From assembly GCA_964346985.1 (NCBI GenBank), contig CAYFWW010000005.1, positions 17,206 through 81,205 of the forward strand: a stretch of 64,000 bases of DNA, given 5' to 3'. Source of the DNA: an uncultured Actinomycetota bacterium. GTDB taxonomy: Bacteria; Actinomycetota; Aquicultoria; CAYFWW01. Within the stretch, counting starts at the first letter, position 1. The number at the start of each line of letters is the position of its first letter. A program made the position numbers and the translations under genes. Positions 20,143 to 29,860 of the stretch are shown here, in pieces. Below the pieces are notes generated by a model. It was not told the DNA's origin and did no database searches. It saw only the letters and a list, made by a program, of their open reading frames with translations.

Positions 20143-20332
20143 GTCAGATATCGTTTTCGATTGGGCCACCGGCCGAAACATAAGGGAGATATTGTGAAAA
20201 TGTGAAAACAGTAGTAATATAGTATTAAACCTTGAGGATCTGATTTTTTAGTACAGCAATATCCTTTTAGAAAACCTCCCTATCCCCAGGTTTATCAAGA
20301 AAGTTTGCAGATTCTCAAGGTTTTATTTTATT

Positions 20333-20368
20333 AAAAAAGAGAGGAATAATTATATCCTCTCTTTTTTA
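20333..20368. terminator. Bidirectional intrinsic terminator between convergent htpX region and the small-membrane-protein pair
   Basis: AAAAAAGAGAGGA-ataattata-TCCTCTCTTTTTT. A perfect GC-containing stem flanked by an A-run and a T-run. Confidence 0.65.
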
Positions 20369-20389
20369 ATATATGTATTATTTTAAAAT

Positions 20390-20725
20390 CTATATTGGCA
20401 TTTTTTTCTTGACCATGAAGTAATAGACAAGAGCTCCAATCCAACTAAGTAAAACAACTATTAAAATCCAAATGATCTTGGTGTTTTCAGAAGGATTAGG
20501 AAACTGGTCATCTTGTCTTTTTATTACATCAACCAGCATAAGAACCCAAAAGACTAAACCAGCTATTGCGATTATAAAGAAAATACCCTGGCAACATAAA
20601 ATGCCGATACCAAAAGTACCACCTATTGCTGTACCTACGGCATCATCTTGAGCAAAGGCCATTCCAGAAAAAAGAAGATGAAGAAAAACAACAGATGATA
20701 ATAATATTTTTTTCAATACTTTCAC
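20390..20725 (-). CDS. Small secreted/membrane protein with a C-terminal PLDc_N (YxlE-like) domain, paralogue 1
   Basis: Signal peptide (…FAQDD), a CC-containing TM segment, then …MLVDVIKRQDDQFPNPSENTKIIWILIVVLLSWIGALVYYFMVKKK. This resembles the B. subtilis YxlE / PLD-nuclease N-terminal domain pattern. Confidence 0.5.
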   Translation of the reverse strand: MKVLKKILLSSVVFLHLLFSGMAFAQDDAVGTAIGGTFGIGILCCQGIFFIIAIAGLVFWVLMLVDVIKRQDDQFPNPSENTKIIWILIVVLLSWIGALVYYFMVKKKMPI

Positions 20726-20805
20726 CTCCCAAAATAAACGGATAAATATTGATATTTCAGAAAACTAAATTATAAAAGACTAATTTTTCAAATATCTAAA
20801 AGATG

Positions 20806-21153
20806 TTAAATTGGCATCTTTTTTTTGACCATGAAGTAATATATTATTGCTGCAAGCCAGTTTAATCCAAGAATCCAGCTAACCAGTAATACAATTAGCC
20901 AAATAGTTTTTGTATTTTCTGAAGCATTAGGAAACTGGTCATTCTCTCTTTTAATACAATCTACTAACATAAATATCCAGAAGACAAATAAGGCTAATAA
21001 TACTATAGCTATTAATCCCAAGCAGCATAGGAAAAATATACCAAGGGTTTCACCAAATGCTTCATCAGAGATATCTTGAGCTAGGGCTGGTGTGGCAATA
21101 AGCAAGGGTATTATAAGAGCAATAATGTAAAGAATTTTTTTCAATACTTTCAC
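20806..21153 (-). CDS. Small secreted/membrane protein with a C-terminal PLDc_N (YxlE-like) domain, paralogue 2
   Basis: Same architecture as 20390-20725: identical first eight residues MKVLKKIL and a conserved DQFPNxSENTK…YYFMVKKKMPI C-terminus. Tandem duplicate. Confidence 0.5.
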   Translation of the reverse strand: MKVLKKILYIIALIIPLLIATPALAQDISDEAFGETLGIFFLCCLGLIAIVLLALFVFWIFMLVDCIKRENDQFPNASENTKTIWLIVLLVSWILGLNWLAAIIYYFMVKKKMPI

Positions 21154-21366
21154 CTCCCATAGTGATCTTTTGGCTATAATAACATAACTAAATATCCTAA
21201 GACAATTTCGTTAATCATAAGTCAATATTATTTATTAATAGACTAATAATATGAAGTAACAATTTCCATAATATTATTTATATAATCAGACTCTATTTTA
21301 TAAATTTTTTATTTTTAAATATTATTTAATACTTTTAATAGAATATTAAATGGTAGAATAATTTAT

Positions 21367-22194
21367 ATGCCTGAATTGCCAGAAGTAGAAACCATAAAAA
21401 TAGGTCTCGAAAAGAGAATTGCCGGTAAGACTATCGAGAAAATAAAAATTTACTTTCCCGAGTATATTCGTAGTAATAACCCTGAAGGCTTTTGCCGGAT
21501 TGTGGGTGGAGCCAAGATAAATAGGTTAAGCCGCCAGGGAAAGCTTCTTCTAATTCATCTAGATAATGATTACGTTTTGTTGATTCATCTTAAGATGACC
21601 GGCCAACTCTATATCCCTGGTGCTGAGGATGAAATTGATAAACATGTCCACCTCATCTATCAATTCAAGGAAGGTTTTGAACTTTGGCATCGTGATGTCA
21701 GAAAATTTGGTTATGTTAGATTATTGCCAGAAAAACAATTAAAGCTTGATAAAACTATCAAAAATTTAGGGCCTGACCCGTTTAATCAAAAGTTAAGTGT
21801 CAGCAAGTTTAAGAATATATTGAACAAGCACAGTTCAAAAAAGATTAAAGCCTTATTGCTGGACCAGCACGATATTGCTGGAATAGGCAATATATACGCT
21901 GATGAAATTCTATTTATTGCTGGGATAAAACCGGGCCGCTTAGCTGGTGATTTAAACCAGTACGAAATTAAAAAGCTTCTAAAATCAATTGAAGGAATCT
22001 TGAACCTGGCAATTGAATCAATGGGGACGACCATCCGTGATTTTATCGGAGCTGATGGTTCTGCCGGAAATTTTTCACAAAAATTAAAGGTATATAGGCG
22101 GAATGGCCAGGATTGTTATTGCTGCTCGACTAAGATTCTGAAGTCCAAAATTTCAGGAAGAAGTACTCATTATTGTCCTGAGTGCCAGAGGTAG
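21367..22194 (+). CDS. mutM: Formamidopyrimidine-DNA glycosylase
   Basis: N-terminal MPELPEVE with catalytic Pro2/Glu3. H2TH region. C-terminal zinc finger CYCCS…CPECQ. Confidence 0.9.
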   Translation: MPELPEVETIKIGLEKRIAGKTIEKIKIYFPEYIRSNNPEGFCRIVGGAKINRLSRQGKLLLIHLDNDYVLLIHLKMTGQLYIPGAEDEIDKHVHLIYQFKEGFELWHRDVRKFGYVRLLPEKQLKLDKTIKNLGPDPFNQKLSVSKFKNILNKHSSKKIKALLLDQHDIAGIGNIYADEILFIAGIKPGRLAGDLNQYEIKKLLKSIEGILNLAIESMGTTIRDFIGADGSAGNFSQKLKVYRRNGQDCYCCSTKILKSKISGRSTHYCPECQR

Positions 22195-22197
22195 AAA

Positions 22198-22953
22198 CTA
22201 TTCTATAGCTAATTCATCCATTACTTGTTCGGAGATGTCAAAATTAGAATAGACTTCCTGTACGTCATCACTATCTTCTAGGGCATCGACCAATTTTAAA
22301 ACTTTGCGTGCTTCATCTTTATTTAAATTTATAGTATTTTGAGGAAACATGGTCACTTCCGCTGTTAACGGAGTTATGCCAGCTTTTTTTATGGCTTGGT
22401 TTACTTGTGTGAAATCCTTTGGATCAGTAATTATTTCCCAGTTACTGTTTTCTGAGCGAAGGTCTTCAGCCCCGGCTTCTAAGATTATCTCTAGTAATTT
22501 ATCTTCATCTGATTCATCTTCTTTACTGATTAGAATATAACCTGACTTTTTAAATAAATAACTTACACAACCATCTGTTCCGATTTTCCCTCCGTATTTA
22601 TCGAAAATATGACGTATTTCAGCAGTTGTCCTGTTCCTATTGTCAGTCATGATATCTACCATTAAAGCAACTCCGTTTGGACCATAACCTTCATAGAGCA
22701 ACTTTTCATAATGTACGCCTTCGATATCTCCGGTACCACGCTTAACGGCTATATCGATTTTATCATTGGACATGTTATATGATTTTGCTTTCTCTATAGC
22801 ATTTGCCAGAGCAGCATTCGTATCAGGATTACCGCCACCTTCTTTAGCGGCAACAGTAATATAGCGGCTTAATTTGCTAAATATTTTGCCTCTTTTAGCA
22901 TCTTCTTTTGATTTTTTATGTTTAATCGATGACCATTTTGAATGACCTGACAT
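22198..22953 (-). CDS. yebC: YebC/PmpR family DNA-binding transcriptional regulator
   Basis: MSGHSKWSSIKHKK…GGGNPDTNAALANAIEKAK. Highly conserved YebC family N-terminus. Confidence 0.9.
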   Translation of the reverse strand: MSGHSKWSSIKHKKSKEDAKRGKIFSKLSRYITVAAKEGGGNPDTNAALANAIEKAKSYNMSNDKIDIAVKRGTGDIEGVHYEKLLYEGYGPNGVALMVDIMTDNRNRTTAEIRHIFDKYGGKIGTDGCVSYLFKKSGYILISKEDESDEDKLLEIILEAGAEDLRSENSNWEIITDPKDFTQVNQAIKKAGITPLTAEVTMFPQNTINLNKDEARKVLKLVDALEDSDDVQEVYSNFDISEQVMDELAIE

Positions 22954-22954
22954 C

Positions 22955-23545
22955 TTATCCTCCGTTTACCATCTTAATAAAATATTGATGTATCCGGCCA
23001 TCATGTGTTAATTCGGGATGAAAAGCCGAAACAAGCAAATGGCCTTCCCTGGCCATTACTGCCACATCTTGAAAATACGATAATATTTTAACATTTTTAT
23101 TTGCTGACTCAATCCAGGGAGCTCTGATGAATACACCGCGGAATAGTGGGGGGGTAATATTCTGAATAGACAGATTAGCTTCAAAACTCTCTCGCTGCCT
23201 GCCAAAAGCGTTTCTCCTGGCTTCTATATTCATCAGGTTTAATAGTGGCTGGTCACCTTCGGTAATTTTTTTAGCTATTATTATTAATCCTGCGCATGTT
23301 CCATAAATTGGTTTTTTTTGTTCAGAAAATTTTTTAATGGGTTCGATAAAAGAATATTTAACTAATAATTTGCCAATAGTAGTGCTTTCTCCACCAGGTA
23401 TAATCAATCCATCAATAAGGCTTAATTGAGAGGGGGCCTTAATTTTTACTGCTTTTATTCCGATTTCATTTAGAATATGAATATGTTCCCTAACAGCTCC
23501 CTGAAGGTCAAGAACTCCAATAATAATATCGTTTTTATTTTTCAT
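22955..23545 (-). CDS. pdxT: Pyridoxal 5'-phosphate synthase glutaminase subunit PdxT
   Basis: Class I glutamine amidotransferase. IGVLDLQGAV… and the catalytic CAG are typical of PdxT. Downstream of pdxS. Confidence 0.9.
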   Translation of the reverse strand: MKNKNDIIIGVLDLQGAVREHIHILNEIGIKAVKIKAPSQLSLIDGLIIPGGESTTIGKLLVKYSFIEPIKKFSEQKKPIYGTCAGLIIIAKKITEGDQPLLNLMNIEARRNAFGRQRESFEANLSIQNITPPLFRGVFIRAPWIESANKNVKILSYFQDVAVMAREGHLLVSAFHPELTHDGRIHQYFIKMVNGG

Positions 23546-23665
23546 GAGGATATTTTAACATCAAAACCAGTTGGAAATAGACTGTAGAGATTAGTCAATA
23601 TTATTAACTCTAATATTTTACTATAATAAATTAAGGCAGCGAAAGAGTCAGTACTTTATTTATTA

Positions 23666-24553
23666 TTACCAACCTCTAAACTGAATCAGGTTCTCTTCGC
23701 CGATTTTGTCGATTTCAAGACCAGTCATTGCTTCGCCCAAACCTTTACTAACTCGGGCGACGACTTCGGGGTCCTGGAAATGGGTAGTTGCTTCAACTAT
23801 AGCACTTGCCATTTTCCGGGGATTTTCTGATTTAAAGATTCCACTTCCAACAAATATTCCTTCAGCACCAAGCTGCATCATCAAAGATGCGTCAGCCGGG
23901 GAAGCAATACCGCCGGCCGAGAAATTAACAACAGGCAATTTTTTCAATTCAGTGACTTCCTTAACCTGAGCAAGAGGGGCCTTAAGATTTTTTGCAGCTG
24001 TAGCCAGTTCATCTTTCCGAAGAACTGTTAGCTCTTTAATCTCTTTCATAATTGTTCTCATATGACGTACCGCTTCAACTACATTACCGGTCCCAGCTTC
24101 ACCCTTAGTTCTGATCATAGCAGCTCCTTCGGCAATGCGCCTGAGTGCTTCGCCTAGATTTGTTGCTCCACAGACAAATGGGATTTTAAACTTAGTCTTA
24201 TCAATATGATTGTTTTCATCAGCAGGTGTTAAGACTTCGCTTTCGTCTATGTAATCTATTCCAAGAGATTCTAATACCTGGGCTTCAGCAAAATGTCCTA
24301 TTCTAGTTTTGGCCATAACCGGGATGGATACAGAATTCATAATCTCTTCGATAATTCTGGGATCGGCCATACGTGCAACTCCACCTTGGGCCCGGATATC
24401 AGCAGGTACTCTTTCTAGGGCCATTACCGCAACAGCTCCGGATTCTTCAGCGATTTTTGCTTGTTCAGGCGTGGTAACATCCATTATGACTCCGCCTTTA
24501 AGCATTTCTGCTAATCCTCTTTTTACTTTTTCAGTTCCTTCTTCCTTGATCAT
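23666..24553 (-). CDS. pdxS: Pyridoxal 5'-phosphate synthase lyase subunit PdxS
   Basis: 295 aa (beta/alpha)8 protein, …GGVIMDV…[13 protein letters not shown]… GGAGATG ribosome-binding site. Confidence 0.95.
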   Translation of the reverse strand: MIKEEGTEKVKRGLAEMLKGGVIMDVTTPEQAKIAEESGAVAVMALERVPADIRAQGGVARMADPRIIEEIMNSVSIPVMAKTRIGHFAEAQVLESLGIDYIDESEVLTPADENNHIDKTKFKIPFVCGATNLGEALRRIAEGAAMIRTKGEAGTGNVVEAVRHMRTIMKEIKELTVLRKDELATAAKNLKAPLAQVKEVTELKKLPVVNFSAGGIASPADASLMMQLGAEGIFVGSGIFKSENPRKMASAIVEATTHFQDPEVVARVSKGLGEAMTGLEIDKIGEENLIQFRGW

Positions 24554-24960
24554 TACTATTACTTCATCTCCTGTTTATTAATGAAGAATAAATAGAATAT
24601 TACTAAATACTATTATAGCAGGCAACATCTTTAACTACTAACCTGGCAATGCTCAATAAATAGTTAAAATATTGGCCTTTATTATTGAAAATTTCTTTTA
24701 TTACGGGGCTAAGCACATTTATAAAAGTTTATTTTTGTTTCTAAAAGAGGCTTAAAAATCTTTAAAAATTTGAATTGCATAATTTTTATATTAAAATAGC
24801 TTAATCAGTCAGTTGGTTTGATGGTTAAGTTTTATACTCTTTAAACAGGGCATTATAAACAGGGCTGCTGACAGAGAAACCGGCTTTAAATATCTGATCT
24901 TTCTTCTTTTTACAAAATTAGATATATTTGCTATTAGAAAAAAGATTTGCTATCCTAATA

Positions 24961-24980
24961 AAAACATATGTTCGATATAG
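24961..24980 (+). promoter_or_regulatory. LexA(Cheo)-like operator-type motif immediately upstream of ruvC
   Basis: AAAACATATGTTCGATATAG. Matches the Gram-positive SOS box CGAAC-N4-GTTCG in 12 of 14 positions, with the right half perfect. Ends 7 nt before the ruvC ATG. An almost identical 19-mer occurs at 27958-27977. Confidence 0.35.
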
Positions 24981-24986
24981 AAAAAA

Positions 24987-25481
24987 ATGATTATTCTAGG
25001 AATTGATCCAGGGACAGTAAGAATAGGATACGGAATAATTGATGACGCCAGAAATGCATTTGCATTAAAGGACTATGGTTGTCTCACTCTTTCAAAAATT
25101 TCAACTTCTTCGCTAAGGCTTAAGAAGATATACCAGGAAATAGGCGCAATAATTGACGAGCATAAACCTGATGTCCTGGCCATAGAAGAACTTTTTTTCA
25201 GCTCGAATGTCAAAACAGCTTTATCCGTAGGCCAAGCAAGAGGGGTAATTATACTGGCTGCAGCCGATAAAAAAATTCCTACCTTTGAATATACTCCTCT
25301 TCAAGTAAAACAGGCAGTTACAGGTTACGGAAAGGCAGACAAAGAACAGATTCAATTAATGGTAAAATCTTTACTTAAGATGAAAGATATTCCTAAACCT
25401 GATGATGCAGCAGATGGGCTGGCTTTGGCAATCTGCCATGCTAACTCAAGAAAATTCTCAGAAAAAGTAGGGCAGATATAA
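24987..25481 (+). CDS. ruvC: Holliday junction resolvase RuvC
   Basis: MIILGIDPGTVRIGYG… RNase-H-fold resolvase. First gene of ruvCAB. Confidence 0.9.
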   Translation: MIILGIDPGTVRIGYGIIDDARNAFALKDYGCLTLSKISTSSLRLKKIYQEIGAIIDEHKPDVLAIEELFFSSNVKTALSVGQARGVIILAAADKKIPTFEYTPLQVKQAVTGYGKADKEQIQLMVKSLLKMKDIPKPDDAADGLALAICHANSRKFSEKVGQI

Positions 25482-26074
25482 TGATTGGTTATCTCTGTGG
25501 AAAAATTGTTCAAAAAGACGAATCCCGAATTATTCTTGATGTTGGTGGTGTGGGTTATCTTGTTTATCTTTCTTCAAATTCGCTTGCTGCCCTACCCCAA
25601 AATGGCCAGGAAGCAAAAATATTCACCTTTTTACAATTAAGAGATGACTCCATGCAGATGTTTGGTTTTGTAACAATTGATGAAAAAGAGATGTTTGAAA
25701 ATTTGATTTCAATTAATAAAGTAGGCCCCAAATTGGCTATAGCTGTTCTCTCTTCTTTTGGTGCCGAAGAGTTAAAGAAAGCTTTTGCTACAGAAGATAT
25801 TGAATTATTATCTTCTATCCCGGGAATTGGAAGGAAAACTGCTCAAAGGTTAGTCTTAGAGCTAAAGGAGAAGATGGCTTTGCCTGATCTTAAACCTATT
25901 GCTGACCAGCCTGATAATGTTGAATCACCGGTAAAACAAATTCGTGAAGCCTTAAAGAGTTTGGGTTATTCAAGCGCTGAAATATCAGCTGCAATGGAAA
26001 ACATAAGTTATGATGCAGATAATTTTGAACAATACTTAAAGGAGACCCTGAAATATTTAGGAAGCCATAATTGA
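25481..26074 (+). CDS. ruvA: Holliday junction branch migration protein RuvA
   Basis: MIGYL.GK… OB-fold N-terminus and HhH motifs ([11 protein letters not shown]). Confidence 0.9.
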   Translation: MIGYLCGKIVQKDESRIILDVGGVGYLVYLSSNSLAALPQNGQEAKIFTFLQLRDDSMQMFGFVTIDEKEMFENLISINKVGPKLAIAVLSSFGAEELKKAFATEDIELLSSIPGIGRKTAQRLVLELKEKMALPDLKPIADQPDNVESPVKQIREALKSLGYSSAEISAAMENISYDADNFEQYLKETLKYLGSHN

Positions 26075-26075
26075 T

Positions 26076-27095
26076 ATGGAAGAAGAAAGAGTAGTTAGTG
26101 CAGAACTAAAAGTAGAAGATATAGAATTTGACAGCAACTTAAGGCCTCGATGTTTAAGTGAATTTATAGGCCAAAATAAAATAAAGGAACACCTGGAGAT
26201 ATTTATAAAGGCGACTAAGAATAGGAACGAACACCTTGATCATGTCCTTCTATCCGGTCCTCCGGGCCTGGGCAAGACTACTTTAGCCTACATCATAGCC
26301 ACAGAGTTAGGTGTCAACATAAAGGTTACATCCGGGCCTGCATTAGAGAGATCTGGCGATATTGCAGCCATAATTACTAATTTGGAAGAAAGGGATGTTC
26401 TGTTTATTGATGAGATCCACCGCCTCAATCGATATGTTGAAGAGATTCTATATCCAGCGATGGAGGATTATAAGCTAGATATAGTCATCGGCAAGGGTCC
26501 AAGTGCCCGTTCTATTCGGCTGGACGTTCCGTATTTTACTTTAATAGGAGCTACCACCAGGACTGGCTTGATTACTTCCCCTTTGAGAGACAGGTTCGGG
26601 GTGGTAAACCGCCTTGATATATACCCCCCAGAGGATCTGGAAAAAATAATTACCCGCTCAGCTAAGATACTGAATGTCAAAATAAATAAAGAGGGAGCAT
26701 ATGAGATTGCTAAAAGATCAAGAGGAACACCGCGTATTGCCAATAGGCTGCTTAAGAGAGTCAGAGATTATGCTGAAGTAAAAGCTGACGGATTAATAAA
26801 AAAAGATATTGCCAATAAAGCATTGTGTTTTTTTGAAGTTGATAATATTGGCCTGGATAAAATAGACCAAAGAATAATACTGACAATAATTGAAAAATTT
26901 AAAGGTGCCCCCGTGGGCCTAAATACTTTGGCCATGTCAGTCGGTGAAGAAACAGATACGATAGAAGATGTTTATGAACCGTATCTTCTCCAGCTTGGGC
27001 TTTTACAAAGAACACCAAGGGGCAGGATAGCAACAGACCGGGCATATGAGCATTTTGGGCTCCAAAAAGAAAAAACCGAGAAACCTCTTTTTTAA
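26076..27095 (+). CDS. ruvB: Holliday junction branch migration ATPase RuvB
   Basis: AAA+ Walker [10 protein letters not shown], sensor motifs and a winged-helix C-terminus. Confidence 0.95.
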   Translation: MEEERVVSAELKVEDIEFDSNLRPRCLSEFIGQNKIKEHLEIFIKATKNRNEHLDHVLLSGPPGLGKTTLAYIIATELGVNIKVTSGPALERSGDIAAIITNLEERDVLFIDEIHRLNRYVEEILYPAMEDYKLDIVIGKGPSARSIRLDVPYFTLIGATTRTGLITSPLRDRFGVVNRLDIYPPEDLEKIITRSAKILNVKINKEGAYEIAKRSRGTPRIANRLLKRVRDYAEVKADGLIKKDIANKALCFFEVDNIGLDKIDQRIILTIIEKFKGAPVGLNTLAMSVGEETDTIEDVYEPYLLQLGLLQRTPRGRIATDRAYEHFGLQKEKTEKPLF

Positions 27096-27112
27096 TTAAG
27101 AGATAAATTTCT

Positions 27113-27838
27113 TTAAAGTAAGAAACCAACTAAAAAGACGATCATGATTCCGAATACTAGAAATAATGGATTGACAATTTCTCTTTGCCGGTGAGTTTCA
27201 GGTATTAAATCAGAAGCGGCAATATAAAGAAATGATCCAGCTGCAATCGAGAGTAGTATTCCCAAACTTTGTTCTGATATTTCTTTAACCAGGAATAAGG
27301 AGACGATTGCTCCTATTGGAGTAGCAAGGGCAACTAAATACGAAAAGACCATAGCTTTTGTTTTTTTTATTTGGGAGTGAATCATTATTGACATTACAGT
27401 AATGCCTTCTGGAAACTCGTGAAGAATAACTCCCAAAGTTGCTACCAGACCGATTTTTAAGCTTACCTCAAAACCTATACCTATAATTAAGCCGTCAATT
27501 AAAGAATGAAATCCCAGACTGATCAGGGCTAAAGTGCTTAGATTTTCAAGACGGCACTGTTCATCATGACAATGGTGGCCTGTGATAATACTTTCTAGTA
27601 GATAGAAAAAGATAAAACCAATCAGAATTGTCAGTAGGGCATTTTTAAAGAGTTCAATACTTTCAGGAATAATATGAAAAAATGCAGCTGCAAGCAATGC
27701 ACCGGCAGAGAAACTTAACAGAAAGATTGAGTTTTTTTCAGCCCATCTTTTTTTGTATAAAACAAGATACATACCGGAAATTGTTGATAACCCGGCTATA
27801 ATTCCGAAGAAAAATGTATTGATTATTTGGCTTTCCAT
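27113..27838 (-). CDS. ZIP family metal (zinc) transporter
   Basis: Eight TM helices with an HEFPEG signature and a His-rich loop (HHCHDEQC). Confidence 0.85.
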   Translation of the reverse strand: MESQIINTFFFGIIAGLSTISGMYLVLYKKRWAEKNSIFLLSFSAGALLAAAFFHIIPESIELFKNALLTILIGFIFFYLLESIITGHHCHDEQCRLENLSTLALISLGFHSLIDGLIIGIGFEVSLKIGLVATLGVILHEFPEGITVMSIMIHSQIKKTKAMVFSYLVALATPIGAIVSLFLVKEISEQSLGILLSIAAGSFLYIAASDLIPETHRQREIVNPLFLVFGIMIVFLVGFLL

Positions 27839-27957
27839 TTCGATAATAATTTTAACAGAAAATTAACTTACATGACCAAATCCTAAAATTATTTAACTAA
27901 AGTTTAAACTTATTATCAATAATGAAAAAATAACGCCACCATATCCCTATTGAAAAG

Positions 27958-27977
27958 CAAACACATGTTCGCTATAG
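27958..27977 (+). promoter_or_regulatory. Second copy of the LexA(Cheo)-like motif, upstream of the DUF763 gene
   Basis: CAAACACATGTTCGCTATAG. Shares 17 of 19 positions with the ruvC-upstream copy (AAACA[T/C]ATGTTCG[A/C]TATAG). Lies 35 nt before the DUF763 start. Confidence 0.3.
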
Positions 27978-28011
27978 TAGAAAATATATATAAAACCATT
28001 AAAGGATTGTA

Positions 28012-29088
28012 ATGAGAACTGGAACCATAAAATTGCCTCTCCATGGAGGTAGAGCACCGGCCTGGTTATTTCAGCGGATGAAAAACCTGGCTAGAGAAGT
28101 AATTTTAGTTATGGTCAGCGAATTTGGCCCAGGCTATGTTTTAAATAAACTTTCAGACCCGTTTTGGTTTCAAGCTTTCGGTTGTATACTCGGATTTGAT
28201 TGGCATTCTAGCGGTTTAACCACAACTGTATGCGGAGCACTTAAAGAAGGGATAAGAGGCCTTGAAAATGAGACAGGCCTTTTTGTAGCCGGAGGCAAAG
28301 GCAAAGCCTCTCGCCGAACACCGTTGGACATAAAAAATAATGAAGCTTGGTTGAAATGTAACCCTGATAAATTAATTAAAGCAAGTAAAATGATAGCTAA
28401 AGTTGACAATAATGCGCTTCAAGACGGGTATCAGCTATATCATCATACTTTTGTTTCTAATAGAGATGGAGAATTTGCTGTTATTCAGCAGGGGATGAAT
28501 GAACAAAATCGGTATGCTCGCAGATATCATTGGTTGAGTAAAACTATTAAAGATTATGTTAATGAACCCCATGCGGCGATTTGTTTTCAAGCTAAAGGTT
28601 TGGTTCTGGATTTGACTTCAGCTAAAAGCAGGAAAAATCGAGAAGTTTCCAGCCAAATATCTTCTGAAAAACCAGAAAAGTTATGCAAGGAACTGGTCCG
28701 ATTGAAAGATGCTAATCTTCCAAGACGCCATCAAATCCTGTTGAGTGATATTTATCCAGATAATTTAAAAAGCATATTTCTCAAAACCTATGAGTTTAAT
28801 CCGGCTAGCTTTAAAGAACTGCTCGGTATGCCGGGTGTTGGCCCAAAAACAATTAGAGCATTGGCGCTTATCTCTGAATTAGTTTATGGAGCTGAATTAA
28901 GCTACCAAGATCCGGCTCGTTTTAGTTTTGCCCACGGAGGAAAGGATGGAATACCTTATCCGGTTGACCAGGAGAATTATGACCGTTCCATAGATTATTT
29001 AAACAAAGCTCTAAGAAAATCAAAGATAGGCCAAACCGAAAAAGTTAAAGCTTTAAAACGTCTTTATAATTTTTATAAAGATGATTAG
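28012..29088 (+). CDS. DUF763 domain-containing protein
   Basis: The N-terminus MRTGTIKLPLHGGRAPAWLF… is the conserved DUF763 opening. A C-terminal HhH-like segment (LLGMPGVGPKTIRAL) suggests nucleic-acid binding. Confidence 0.7.
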   Translation: MRTGTIKLPLHGGRAPAWLFQRMKNLAREVILVMVSEFGPGYVLNKLSDPFWFQAFGCILGFDWHSSGLTTTVCGALKEGIRGLENETGLFVAGGKGKASRRTPLDIKNNEAWLKCNPDKLIKASKMIAKVDNNALQDGYQLYHHTFVSNRDGEFAVIQQGMNEQNRYARRYHWLSKTIKDYVNEPHAAICFQAKGLVLDLTSAKSRKNREVSSQISSEKPEKLCKELVRLKDANLPRRHQILLSDIYPDNLKSIFLKTYEFNPASFKELLGMPGVGPKTIRALALISELVYGAELSYQDPARFSFAHGGKDGIPYPVDQENYDRSIDYLNKALRKSKIGQTEKVKALKRLYNFYKDD

Positions 29089-29188
29089 TAAAAAATATTA
29101 AAATATTTTTTACATATTTTTTATAATCAGAAAAGATTCGCATAAACAAAAAAATTTTGTTGATATATAATTGATTCTGGTGAATCCA

Positions 29189-29731
29189 ATGAAGATATTA
29201 ATCCATACCTGTTGCGGTCCTTGCCTGACGGTTCCTTTTTTTGAACTGCAAGGAGAAGGTGAGATAACTGCCTATTTTTATAATCCAAATATTCATCCAA
29301 GCCGAGAGTACATGCATAGGCTAGATTCTTTTATAGCATTTTGCCTGGAGGAAAATATAGATTATAAACTAGGTCTATATGAACCTGTAAAATACTTTGA
29401 TCAAGTTGATTATCATCTCCCTGAAGGGGAGAGATGTCAAAATTGTTATCAGCTTAGATTAAATGAGACTGCTAGTTTTGCCAGCAAAAATGGCTTTCAG
29501 GCTATAACTACCACTATGCTTGTAAGCCCCTATCAGGATTTTGAAAAAATTGTTGACCTGGGGAAGAAAATTGCCGCTGACTTTAAATTAAGCTTTATAG
29601 CCCAGGATTTTCGCCAAAATTACCGCCATACAATAGAAGAATCAAAAAAAAGAAACTTATATCGACAGGGTTACTGTGGCTGCATCATCAGTGAATTTGA
29701 GAGATATTACAGGTCTAAGGATCACGTTTAG
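29189..29731 (+). CDS. queH: Epoxyqueuosine reductase QueH (DUF208)
   Basis: MKILIHTCCGPC… conserved Cys cluster plus CQNCY and GYCGC motifs. Located near queA-tgt. Confidence 0.8.
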   Translation: MKILIHTCCGPCLTVPFFELQGEGEITAYFYNPNIHPSREYMHRLDSFIAFCLEENIDYKLGLYEPVKYFDQVDYHLPEGERCQNCYQLRLNETASFASKNGFQAITTTMLVSPYQDFEKIVDLGKKIAADFKLSFIAQDFRQNYRHTIEESKKRNLYRQGYCGCIISEFERYYRSKDHV

Positions 29732-29832
29732 TCATTTCAGGCTTCTTTCTAATTGCTGGTTTAAAAGATGGAATCTTGGATTTTTAGAAAGAGGCATTTT
29801 GAATAGAGAATGGAGACAGTATCTCAACCCCG

Positions 29833-29841
29833 TGTTATAAT
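29833..29841 (+). promoter_or_regulatory. Extended -10 promoter element (TGTTATAAT) upstream of the 29861 gene
   Basis: TGnTATAAT lies 20 nt before a GGAG ribosome-binding site and the ATG. No good -35 element. Confidence 0.35.
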
Positions 29842-29860
29842 TTTTCAATCGGAGTAAATT

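Noticed and set aside
23706-24581. Plus-strand ORFs 23706-23969 and 24309-24581, overlapping pdxS
   Set aside because: They are antisense to a highly conserved PdxS coding sequence. There is no ribosome-binding site. Spurious.
24780-24860. tRNA-like D-loop string (…CAGTCAGTTGGTTTGATGGTTAAG…) in the pdxS-ruvC spacer
   Set aside because: No consistent acceptor, anticodon or T-arm pairing could be built around it. It is not a tRNA.
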